A stretch of 64,000 nt of DNA, taken from the IMG/VR virus record IMGVR_UViG_3300020473_000025, positions 16,293 to 80,292 of that record. One strand, 5' to 3'. The notes under the pieces were generated by a model. The model had not been told where the DNA came from and did not search any database. It saw nothing but the letters and a program-made list of their open reading frames with translations. Below are positions 10,458 to 18,664 of this stretch, piece by piece. A program made the translations under genes and the position numbers. This DNA is from a virus. Taxonomy: Duplodnaviria > Caudoviricetes. How positions within the stretch are numbered: position 1 is the stretch's first letter; each line of letters starts with the position of its first letter.

Positions 10458-10805
10458 ATGACAGTGCCTAACTACTTCCTGTTCGATATAACAACAGCCC
10501 GTGAAATCGCAAAGCCCTTTATTATAGATTTACAAAAACATCTAAGCGGTAGACCAGAAGTTAATATTGACAAAGTATTAAATCAGTGGTTTGCCGAACG
10601 CCTAGTAATAATGGGCGTATTGCATCATGACAACCCAATTGAAACTGACATGCCCCTAGGTGTGATCCTTTTCCTTAATAGCCTACCTGACGTTATTAAA
10701 GGTTCAGTTGATCAACAGCTCTTTCGTGCCGTAAGTAATCACTGGCATCCGGACACATCAGTTAAAACGTATATTAAAGACCAGACGTTGGTCATTAATG
10801 CCTAA
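10458..10805 (+). CDS. Small protein, tandem array member 1
   Basis: 115 aa with GGAG SD; N-terminal strand YFLFDI, C-terminal hairpin IKDQTLVI. Confidence 0.7.
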   Translation: MTVPNYFLFDITTAREIAKPFIIDLQKHLSGRPEVNIDKVLNQWFAERLVIMGVLHHDNPIETDMPLGVILFLNSLPDVIKGSVDQQLFRAVSNHWHPDTSVKTYIKDQTLVINA

Positions 10806-10820
10806 AAGGACCTACCCCCT

Positions 10821-11423
10821 ATGGCGATAAGTATAATACTCCCTTTACATGAATTTATAGATAACGTAGTACTACGTTCATCGCTATTCTTCTATAACGT
10901 TGATCGCCCTAACCCGGTCAAACGTAATCACGCTAAAGCTATTGTTCATCAGCTAGTTGACGATGCGTTAAGTCACTCGTTCGCATGGGCACCGAGCGTT
11001 GATAAAACATCGAGTCTATTAGAGGAATTTTACCCGTGGATGACAACGCATCCTGTTTTTGGATCACGTTTCTATCAGCAATGCATAGACCCGGTTGATG
11101 CTAGATTAACTGAGATCTTAGGTACTTATGTAACTTACAACACACCTGATGTATGGAGCGTAAGAAAGGATGGCGATAGTATCGTTCTAGAAAACCTAGG
11201 TTCCCATATGAACAACGCTGCTCAAGGTTTTGCTGATAAGTTACAAAGCCTACTTCAAGAAGAATACGCGACGCGTTTAGGTTCATTACCAATACATCGC
11301 AATAATGCAACTACGGGTGATGATCTTAAACATCAAGTAGACTCTACATATGGTGGCCTGACAAACACCGTATTGCGTTTAATGGTTGACAAAGATCTTA
11401 ATTTGACAGGACAGCCCCAGTGA
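10821..11423 (+). CDS. Small protein, tandem array member 2 (C-terminal extension)
   Basis: 200 aa; ISIILPL ... RKDGDSIVLE. Confidence 0.7.
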   Translation: MAISIILPLHEFIDNVVLRSSLFFYNVDRPNPVKRNHAKAIVHQLVDDALSHSFAWAPSVDKTSSLLEEFYPWMTTHPVFGSRFYQQCIDPVDARLTEILGTYVTYNTPDVWSVRKDGDSIVLENLGSHMNNAAQGFADKLQSLLQEEYATRLGSLPIHRNNATTGDDLKHQVDSTYGGLTNTVLRLMVDKDLNLTGQPQ

Positions 11424-11884
11424 GCCAGATCTCTATCATAGTTAGTTTTGATGATGTGCATTCGTTGTGTTTTAAATACTTAGAACCTATTATAGGTGGT
11501 GCGTATTTGCAGTGTATGGACTATACACTGGTATTGGATTATGAAGTAGAGGTGTTTTTGCTTGGTGAAGATAACCGCTATATGGTTGGTGAAGATGTGA
11601 CCGAGTCGTGGTTAGAAGAACTATGTCCAATGCCTGATATTCGCAGTGCATTAAAGAAAGATATACGACGCTCTATACAAGGCATTATTACCCGTACCCT
11701 AGGCGGCGATAAAATTAACAACCACCATTACGAGTATCAGCGTCTAGGTGATCAGTTTGAATATCTCATTGTAGATAAAGGCGATGTCAGAGATGCCGAG
11801 CTTGCAATGTTGCGACGTTCAAATAACGACCTTAAACAGAGAATACAGAATATGGAGGAAGGTTGGTGGGTCCAAGATACCTAA
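11420..11884 (+). CDS. Small protein, tandem array member 3
   Basis: 154 aa, GTGA overlap with the previous gene; ISIIVSF ... RLGDQFEYLIVD. Confidence 0.7.
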   Translation: MSQISIIVSFDDVHSLCFKYLEPIIGGAYLQCMDYTLVLDYEVEVFLLGEDNRYMVGEDVTESWLEELCPMPDIRSALKKDIRRSIQGIITRTLGGDKINNHHYEYQRLGDQFEYLIVDKGDVRDAELAMLRRSNNDLKQRIQNMEEGWWVQDT

Positions 11885-12246
11885 TATTAAATATCTCGCA
11901 TGCGCGTGCTACTGAGAATCATTTAAACGGCTCCCTTGCAACTTACAAACTTAAATTCACAGATTTACTAACAATGACAATTGAGGCATTGACTAACCTT
12001 GAAGACTATTATACTAGCGATGAAAAGATCACCGATTACGGATTGATGTATCGGTGTCTTAATCAATACAACGACAGACATCGTAAGGAATACACCTTTG
12101 AGGATATTCATGACATCTGCACGATAGCGCTTAGAATATACAAGACCATTTACCCGGCCATTGGTACATTCTTCCAGCAATATACGTTCAGTAGACTTAT
12201 TGTCTCACAGTGTCTTGGAGATGATCTATATGTTGAGTGCTGTTGA
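11863..12246 (+). CDS. Small protein, tandem array member 4
   Basis: About 127 aa with GGAGGA SD; YLILNIS ... CLGDDLYVE. Confidence 0.7.
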   Translation: MVGPRYLILNISHARATENHLNGSLATYKLKFTDLLTMTIEALTNLEDYYTSDEKITDYGLMYRCLNQYNDRHRKEYTFEDIHDICTIALRIYKTIYPAIGTFFQQYTFSRLIVSQCLGDDLYVECC

Positions 12247-12640
12247 GCCAGAAGATAAATTCTTCATCATTGACGTTAGGCAGTATATGTTAAAGCTTGA
12301 TCAGCAAGACGTTCAAGCACTTAACAGCATCAAGATGAATTATCACGATGTATTGCTGTTAGCAGCGACCAGTGCATTAGCTAGTCAGTTTGATAAAGTC
12401 AAAGTCAAGGATCACGTGGAGGGTGAGCTCTACACATTGCTTGATGAGTATGATGAACAGGGCGTGTCGGCTGATAACTACCGTACGTTTATGCATGTTA
12501 TCAATATCACGCTACAAGTAGCATGGCCTATAACCCAGTCTGTAGATAATCTACAACGTAACATTCCCAACATTGAGTTTGTAGATGTTAATATAGTGGG
12601 TGAAACTACTATTGTTTACACATACCACATGGTAGGATAA
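12230..12640 (+). CDS. Small protein, tandem array member 5
   Basis: Start moved to ATG 12230 (GGAG SD); FFIIDVR ... IVGETTIVY. Confidence 0.7.
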   Translation: MLSAVEPEDKFFIIDVRQYMLKLDQQDVQALNSIKMNYHDVLLLAATSALASQFDKVKVKDHVEGELYTLLDEYDEQGVSADNYRTFMHVINITLQVAWPITQSVDNLQRNIPNIEFVDVNIVGETTIVYTYHMVG

Positions 12641-12651
12641 GAGAATACACA

Positions 12652-13023
12652 ATGATAGTGATTATCGATTTACCTATGGATAGGCCACCCTATCCTCCTG
12701 ATCCCTCGCTGACAGCCGCAGATATAATTGAAGCGGCTACCGCGTTGTGGGTTAATCAATTCATCGATGATGATAACTTTGATACACGTACGGTTGATCA
12801 GGTTGTTGATCATATCTGTAGTCGTATGGGTTTGAGTAGTGGTAAAAGTGAAGTACAGGAGATGATGTGTCATTATGTTAATGACATTATACTGGAAACC
12901 TACGAAGCGGTGGATAAGTCTCTACGCCGCATCATGACAACCTTTGGTAATCGACCATTGATTGACTACGTAGGTACTAGCTTCCCCACACTGCTTGTCC
13001 AAGTTCATCTAGATGACCGCTAA
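12652..13023 (+). CDS. Small protein, tandem array member 6
   Basis: 123 aa; IVIIDLP ... VGTSFPTLLVQV. Confidence 0.7.
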   Translation: MIVIIDLPMDRPPYPPDPSLTAADIIEAATALWVNQFIDDDNFDTRTVDQVVDHICSRMGLSSGKSEVQEMMCHYVNDIILETYEAVDKSLRRIMTTFGNRPLIDYVGTSFPTLLVQVHLDDR

Positions 13024-13369
13024 TATACTTCTTTTGGACTGTAGTAATTTACAGTCCATTTATGACGTTATGATACCGATATGGCGTTATGAGACTAGAC
13101 GTCCTATCCCCGCGTCGTTGGATAGTTTAACTTCTGAGATAATTAACTACTATAAAACCTATAGGGTTAAACCCGCTACGAGTTATACATCAGTTGCTAG
13201 TTATCTACAGGAGCAATATGAGTTCCCGGTGATAACTCCTATTGTGGAACCTCACTTTGCGGCCTTCTGTAAAGAACTTTATAAATACCATAAACTGGCA
13301 TTTGTATTGAGCTGCGACTATTACTATATATGTATCAAGCACAATACCATGTATTTAGAATTGGAATAA
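13013..13369 (+). CDS. Small protein, tandem array member 7
   Basis: 118 aa; ILLLDCS ... IKHNTMYLE. Confidence 0.7.
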   Translation: MTANILLLDCSNLQSIYDVMIPIWRYETRRPIPASLDSLTSEIINYYKTYRVKPATSYTSVASYLQEQYEFPVITPIVEPHFAAFCKELYKYHKLAFVLSCDYYYICIKHNTMYLELE

Positions 13370-13372
13370 GTT

Positions 13373-13759
13373 ATGGATAATAATCAACAACCCTACCCAC
13401 CTACCAGTCCTGTAGTATATATTGTCTCAGTAGAGCGTGGCGTCAAACGACTGTATGAGGCTATATCGGCTGAGGAAACCGTCGTTGAAGATTTTAAGAG
13501 ACTAGTAGCTATGGCTGTCAACGCCGCCTCGTTATCAGTAAACGATGTGGAAAACGATCGACATAATGCTATAAACGACTACCTACACCCATTAGGTCTA
13601 ACCGTCCGTGAGAGAGAGAACTACATCGCCCATGTGGATATGTTTATTCAGGATCTAATAACGGGCTTTCACCAACTCGGTATACGTGATCTAGGGGGTG
13701 TTGAGTTTGTCGGGTTTGATGGAATGGATATTGTCGTTAATGTCTATGCGCAACAATAA
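13373..13759 (+). CDS. Small protein, tandem array member 8
   Basis: 128 aa; VYIVSVE ... FDGMDIVVNV. Confidence 0.7.
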   Translation: MDNNQQPYPPTSPVVYIVSVERGVKRLYEAISAEETVVEDFKRLVAMAVNAASLSVNDVENDRHNAINDYLHPLGLTVRERENYIAHVDMFIQDLITGFHQLGIRDLGGVEFVGFDGMDIVVNVYAQQ

Positions 13760-13779
13760 TAACAAAAGGAGCACGTACA

Positions 13780-14124
13780 GTGCTTAAATTTATGATTCTA
13801 ACCCTTGATAGCCTATCAGGGTTAATTGCTAGATACAGTGCAGAGGTGAATCCCGATTCACCTGTCGTTAATAACAAAACGCTGGGTTGGTTAAATTCAG
13901 ACATCGATGATTTGATTCAAGGTGGATTTGAACAGCAGACAGACGTCGTACATGCCACGCTAACGTCAATCATCGATGGTATAAGTCACTACCTTAACAA
14001 ATACAATATTGAAGTAACTGACTTTAGAACGATAGAGATTGTCAGTTGTGACGGTACGATACTAGTTTATTTTGGAGAGTTTAATTATGGTGATATTCCC
14101 AAATCACAATGTAAGCATACGTGA
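13780..14124 (+). CDS. Small protein, tandem array member 9
   Basis: 114 aa, GTG start with AAGGAG SD; FMILTLD ... SCDGTILVYF. Confidence 0.7.
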   Translation: MLKFMILTLDSLSGLIARYSAEVNPDSPVVNNKTLGWLNSDIDDLIQGGFEQQTDVVHATLTSIIDGISHYLNKYNIEVTDFRTIEIVSCDGTILVYFGEFNYGDIPKSQCKHT

Positions 14125-14497
14125 CGTTGTTAGCTTCTCGCTATATGACAATACCACAATAGGTACTGTCTTTAGCAGGGTGCGTATTATTGGGGTGGTG
14201 GATTACGATACCGCCTCTAACGCCATCGATCCGGTAGCGCTACACGAGGATATCATCACTAACCTACCTGAGGGTAGTATCGATGACCCTACAGCGTATA
14301 GCTACGTAAAGGTGCAGATGGAAAATGGCAGTAAGACGTTCATCGGCATGCCGTGGATTAACATGTCAACCCTTGAACGTGTTGGTAGTAGTAAACTGCA
14401 GCTAACTATCGATGAAGTTAATAGTGACGACGTCCCGCGTATCCTAGCTGCGTTAACCTCAAATGGCTTTACGGTATCAGATACTAAGATCTTATAA
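14087..14497 (+). CDS. Conserved Chimalliviridae core protein upstream of the DNA polymerase (phiKZ gp49-like)
   Basis: ATG 14087 with GGAG SD; motifs LPEGSIDDP, YSYVKV, IGMPWI; synteny. Confidence 0.6.
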   Translation: MVIFPNHNVSIRDVVSFSLYDNTTIGTVFSRVRIIGVVDYDTASNAIDPVALHEDIITNLPEGSIDDPTAYSYVKVQMENGSKTFIGMPWINMSTLERVGSSKLQLTIDEVNSDDVPRILAALTSNGFTVSDTKIL

Positions 14498-14537
14498 TAC
14501 AAAGGTAAACTTTTACAGACCTTTATTTATATAGTAT

Positions 14538-14697
14538 GAGCGTTGTTGAGTTTGAGACCCTCCTCAGTGTTCTTGATCTTGAGCCAGAAGATCGATCCCT
14601 AAAGGTAGTCACGCACCTTTATATTTGTCAAACGTAGTGTTTACCCTTCCTACACCTCTCCTCTAGGGTGTAGGAAGGTTTTATGCCGTCTTTTTTT
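14538..14697 (+). ncRNA. Candidate structured small RNA (multi-stem junction plus terminator)
   Basis: Intergenic, preceded by TATAGTATG. Three hairpins inside a closing stem, then a strong terminator with TATGCCG and a T-tract. Confidence 0.4.
14645..14697 (+). terminator. Intrinsic terminator
   Basis: CCTTCCTACACC/GGTGTAGGAAGG stem, then TTTTATGCCG and a T7 run. Confidence 0.8.
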
Positions 14698-14761
14698 GTT
14701 TTCGTTTTTACACCCTCAACCAATACCATGAGCAGAAGAATTAACTAAGACGAGTGTCAAT

Positions 14762-16897
14762 ATGGAAAACCCATTTGTTCTCCCTACCCAAGAGTATGGT
14801 CGAGATTTGAATGTCCTGGAACGTTACTATCAGGATACCGCAAGATACCTAGCCTTAGAGACAGGTTGTTCACATGACGAGTGTTATCAGTGGGTTAAAG
14901 AAACTACCCACCCTTCAAGTGGTAAGTTACCTTTAAAAGATCCAAAGGTACTAAGCCTTAAACGAGATAAGCCAGGTGAGCGTGATAAGTGGGAAACTAC
15001 ATTCCTTGGCTACCTTCAAAAGGTAAACAACGAGAACTTAATCATCAGCCCTACACTAGCAGCATATAGACACCCCGACCAACACGAGTCTATCCTTGCT
15101 AAGTATATCCGTAAGAATGTAGATAAGCGTAATGCTGTTAAGAAAAAGAAATTCCAGTCTACGATGGCAGGTAATGACGCTGAGGCTGGCTTTTACGACA
15201 TCCTGCAATCTACATTTAAAATCAAGAACAACTCAGTGAGTGGTGGTCATGCATCAGCCTTTACACCGCTTTATAACAAATCAACCCATTCTACGTTGAC
15301 ATCTACCTGCCGTTCGGCTACCGGGTACGCCAACGCCAACAACGAACGCTTCTTATACGGTAACCGTCACTATTACGATGTGGATGTGGCAATCCAGAAC
15401 ATCATCTCAATAATCAACAATAGCGATTATAAGACAATAGCAGAAGCGGTAGAGAAATATAATCTACACATCCCTAGTGTAGAGGAAGTCTGTGAGACGA
15501 TTAAATATTCAACAGACCTTTACTGGCGCAACCTGCAGTGGTCTAGCCGTATCCACAGTCTGATATCTAAACTGTCTGATATGGAACGTGTAGCGTATAC
15601 TTACACGGGTAATTTCTACCATCTACGTGAATTAAACCCAGAGTTCACTAGAACGTTCCTAGATCGGTTTACTACGTGTTCAGACACCACGATAGACAAT
15701 CCGGAAACAGTCATCAGTGAAATGGATGGGGATCTTGAAGCGTATGTGGGTATCCTGCACGCTCACGACTTAAAGAATAAACCTATCTTTAAGATCAAAG
15801 AATCTGAACCTGAGACTTATGCACGCATTGCTAGTTCAGTTAACAATATCTTTGGCTTACTGCGAGAATATACAGTATTGTTTAAAGCGTTCTGGGTGAC
15901 CCTCAACCCGCCTGCATCGGTAGCGGTATTACCCGACGCTATACGTCGTGGTGTATTGGTGTCGGATACAGACTCTACTATCTTCACTGTTCAAGACTGG
16001 ACCATGTGGTATAAGAATGGGGTGGTTGACTTCGACGCTAAAACAACGAGCGTATGGGCGTTTGTTGTATACATCGCTCAGATGACTACCATGCACTTAC
16101 TCGCTCTGTTGTCATCTAACATGGGTGTGGCTAAACCTGACTTGTATAAGTTATCAATGAAGAACGAATACATGATGCCCGCGTTGTCATTGACAAGTCG
16201 TGCTAAACACTACGCCTACTACATTAGTGCGCAGGAAGGTAACGTCTATAAGAAGATGAAAACGGATATCAAGGGGGTTGAGCTTAAATCTACTAAAGCC
16301 CCTAAAGAAATCATTGAAAAACTACACAAGTACATCATGAAGCCGATGGACTGGACGCTGGAAGGTAAGAAAATCCCTATTAAAGAAATGATGCAAGAAG
16401 TTGCTGATCAAGAGCACGCTATCATTGACAGCCTTAATCAGGGTAAGATCGATTATCTAACCACCGCCGGTATTAAAGCGGCTGAATCGTACGCTAACCC
16501 ACAGGGATCTAATTACATCTATTACGACTTTTGGAATACTGTCTTTGGTCCTAAGTATGGTGAGGTGCCACCACCGCCGTATAGTACGGTAAAGGTATCG
16601 TTAAATGCTACCTCTAAGACAAAAGTAGCAGAGTGGATACGTAGTATCAAAGATGTCGAATTAGCAGAGCGTCTTGAAGACTGGATGGGTAAGAATAACA
16701 AGCTAACAGGGATAACGCAGTTCTTAATCCCCATGGATGTTATTAGTACCAAAGGGATGCCTGAGGAAATAATCCAATGTATGGATATACGGAAGATTGT
16801 GTTCACCACCATGGCACCATTCTATCTGGTGTTAGAGACGTATGGGGTGTATATGAAAGATAAGAACATCACTAAGCTTGTTAGCGATATCATGTAG
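14762..16897 (+). CDS. Split family-B DNA polymerase, catalytic subunit (phiKZ gp50-like)
   Basis: 711 aa. Motif B QSTFKIKNNSVSG, motif C SDTDS, plus AKHY and KGVELK; lacks the exonuclease domain and motif A. Confidence 0.9.
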   Translation: MENPFVLPTQEYGRDLNVLERYYQDTARYLALETGCSHDECYQWVKETTHPSSGKLPLKDPKVLSLKRDKPGERDKWETTFLGYLQKVNNENLIISPTLAAYRHPDQHESILAKYIRKNVDKRNAVKKKKFQSTMAGNDAEAGFYDILQSTFKIKNNSVSGGHASAFTPLYNKSTHSTLTSTCRSATGYANANNERFLYGNRHYYDVDVAIQNIISIINNSDYKTIAEAVEKYNLHIPSVEEVCETIKYSTDLYWRNLQWSSRIHSLISKLSDMERVAYTYTGNFYHLRELNPEFTRTFLDRFTTCSDTTIDNPETVISEMDGDLEAYVGILHAHDLKNKPIFKIKESEPETYARIASSVNNIFGLLREYTVLFKAFWVTLNPPASVAVLPDAIRRGVLVSDTDSTIFTVQDWTMWYKNGVVDFDAKTTSVWAFVVYIAQMTTMHLLALLSSNMGVAKPDLYKLSMKNEYMMPALSLTSRAKHYAYYISAQEGNVYKKMKTDIKGVELKSTKAPKEIIEKLHKYIMKPMDWTLEGKKIPIKEMMQEVADQEHAIIDSLNQGKIDYLTTAGIKAAESYANPQGSNYIYYDFWNTVFGPKYGEVPPPPYSTVKVSLNATSKTKVAEWIRSIKDVELAERLEDWMGKNNKLTGITQFLIPMDVISTKGMPEEIIQCMDIRKIVFTTMAPFYLVLETYGVYMKDKNITKLVSDIM

Positions 16898-16905
16898 GAG
16901 GATGT

Positions 16906-17295
16906 GTGGCAGATAATTTTCTAGCATACCCTAGCCATAGAAAAGGAAGCAGTATCAATAAAGTACTGTCTTCTTTCAAAGAAGGTCAGCGTGTCATTGC
17001 TGTGGTTGATATTACAGAGGGTGAGTTTGACATGCCCTATGCAAAGGCAAATGATGTATTGCGTATTAAAACAATTCATCTAGACGGTAGAGTAAATCCC
17101 ATCGAGGTCTATCACGAACTTGGGGCGGTAGAATATAGAACAGCACTGGAGATACCTAAAGGTTTAGATTATAGCCTTGGGGATAAAGCGTTCTTTGTTA
17201 GCGAGCAAGAGATAGCCGCTACAGTTACCAATCCGTTTATGGATAGACTTCCACCTACAGGCGGTCGATACGTTAACCCAAACTATCGTAAGTAA
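16906..17295 (+). CDS. Hypothetical protein
   Basis: 129 aa, GTG start with AGGAGG SD. Confidence 0.65.
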   Translation: MADNFLAYPSHRKGSSINKVLSSFKEGQRVIAVVDITEGEFDMPYAKANDVLRIKTIHLDGRVNPIEVYHELGAVEYRTALEIPKGLDYSLGDKAFFVSEQEIAATVTNPFMDRLPPTGGRYVNPNYRK

Positions 17296-17298
17296 GAC

Positions 17299-17347
17299 AG
17301 CATAACCAGGAAGATCTAGCACGATGCTAGATCTTCCTGTATGCCGT
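17299..17347. terminator. Bidirectional terminator
   Basis: CAGGAAGATCTAGCA-cga-TGCTAGATCTTCCTG plus TATGCCG, between convergent genes. Confidence 0.8.
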
Positions 17348-18435
17348 TATAAGAGGAGTTTAAGTCCCTCAAGCTCTATCTCTAAAAGATCCCTAATAAC
17401 GCCGTGAGGAGCGACCAGCGTGGTCTTATCGCTACGGGCTCGTCTTAGTTCACGTTTGAGTGCATTTTCAAAGTCTCTGTCCTGACCTTGCTGCGTGGTT
17501 AGATACCACGATGTAGCATGTTTGATCCAAGGTAACCATATCAACCAAAGTATCCAGCTCACCTGTCTGGTGCTAACTAAACGGTTAAATGGTAACGCAT
17601 CTCGCATGCGTTGATCTAATCGCAATGGTACATTGTCTAATACGTCATCTATGGACGCATTCATTCTGATTAGTTCATCAATAACATCAGGGTATTCTTT
17701 ATCAACGCCCCCATCGAAACTAGGAATAGCTAGAATAGGCTTAATCGCACTTTTAGTTTGCGTTTCCCCAAGATAGTGGCGCAAGTAACGGTTCATTAAG
17801 CTAATAGATACCTGATGATTTAACATATTTGCTAGTACGTACTGATAGACAAACTGATTAGTAGAGCCGCGTTGGTCTATGGGCTTAAGATTTTCATAAT
17901 GTGCCCATGTTCTATACTGGACGGCAAGTAATGGAATGTCTATTGCAATAACGCTATAACCTACCTCTTCGTGTTGTTTTTGTCCGTCAGGGAGGTTCAA
18001 GTTTAAGTCACTGCTAGGATGATATAAGACACGCACTGCGTTAGCATTAGACCAATCAGCAAGTAAACCACTACTGGCCCACTGTGGGCGCGTTAACGTT
18101 GTAGCTACCAGGATGTCTACGATGTTACCACCATAGAACTCACCTTCCAAAGGTGGGTAGGTGGATATCTCGGTGCTAATCTGTTGACCATGTGCAATAT
18201 CAGTTTCAATGTCTTCTAGGTAATCGTAGTAGCGCATCATGTTCATAGCGTTCATGGATGGTAGGTTATCTAGAAGCTTAACAAGGGGCTGTGTGTCTTT
18301 TAAACGTCGAGGTGCGCTTATTGCCTTGGCTTTAACACGCTCTAAGGCTTTGTCTAATCCGCGTTGGGCTTGGAAAAGACCCGCAAAAACCTTTTGGTTG
18401 CGGTTAGGGGAATCTGGAGTAAAAAGCCGTTGCAT
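17347..18435 (-). CDS. Conserved phiKZ-like protein divergent from chimallin (gp52-like)
   Basis: 362 aa; synteny; motif IDIPLLAVQYR. Confidence 0.55.
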   Translation of the reverse strand: MQRLFTPDSPNRNQKVFAGLFQAQRGLDKALERVKAKAISAPRRLKDTQPLVKLLDNLPSMNAMNMMRYYDYLEDIETDIAHGQQISTEISTYPPLEGEFYGGNIVDILVATTLTRPQWASSGLLADWSNANAVRVLYHPSSDLNLNLPDGQKQHEEVGYSVIAIDIPLLAVQYRTWAHYENLKPIDQRGSTNQFVYQYVLANMLNHQVSISLMNRYLRHYLGETQTKSAIKPILAIPSFDGGVDKEYPDVIDELIRMNASIDDVLDNVPLRLDQRMRDALPFNRLVSTRQVSWILWLIWLPWIKHATSWYLTTQQGQDRDFENALKRELRRARSDKTTLVAPHGVIRDLLEIELEGLKLLL

Positions 18436-18484
18436 GGGTCACCTGTGGATGAGTGAAGTGATGTAAAGTTTTAATGTTTTCGAG

Positions 18485-18494
18485 TCATACTATA
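18485..18494 (-). promoter_or_regulatory. Late-type (TATG) promoter motif
   Basis: TATAGTATGA on the minus strand upstream of 18435; the same 10-mer occurs at 14530 and 22649 on the plus strand. Confidence 0.5.
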
Positions 18495-18664
18495 GAGACA
18501 GGTAGCTGTCAGTGTACTTATACTTGGTATAGGTGCCTAACCTGTGTCCCTCTGTGAGGCGATTCAACCTAATTAAACACCTATATCATTCTAGTGGTCT
18601 ATCCGGGAATGGAAGATCTATTAGCTAATTTTAAGTTTGACAACATAATAAAAGGTATACCATT

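Noticed and set aside
14540-14635. Canonical tRNA gene
   Set aside because: No TTCRA T-loop, no GG D-loop and no CCA end. I found no tRNA or rRNA gene anywhere in the window.
14536-14637. 33-codon ORF MSVVEFETLL...
   Set aside because: No SD, and the ATG coincides with the TATG promoter-like motif. Kept only as the alternative to the ncRNA hypothesis.
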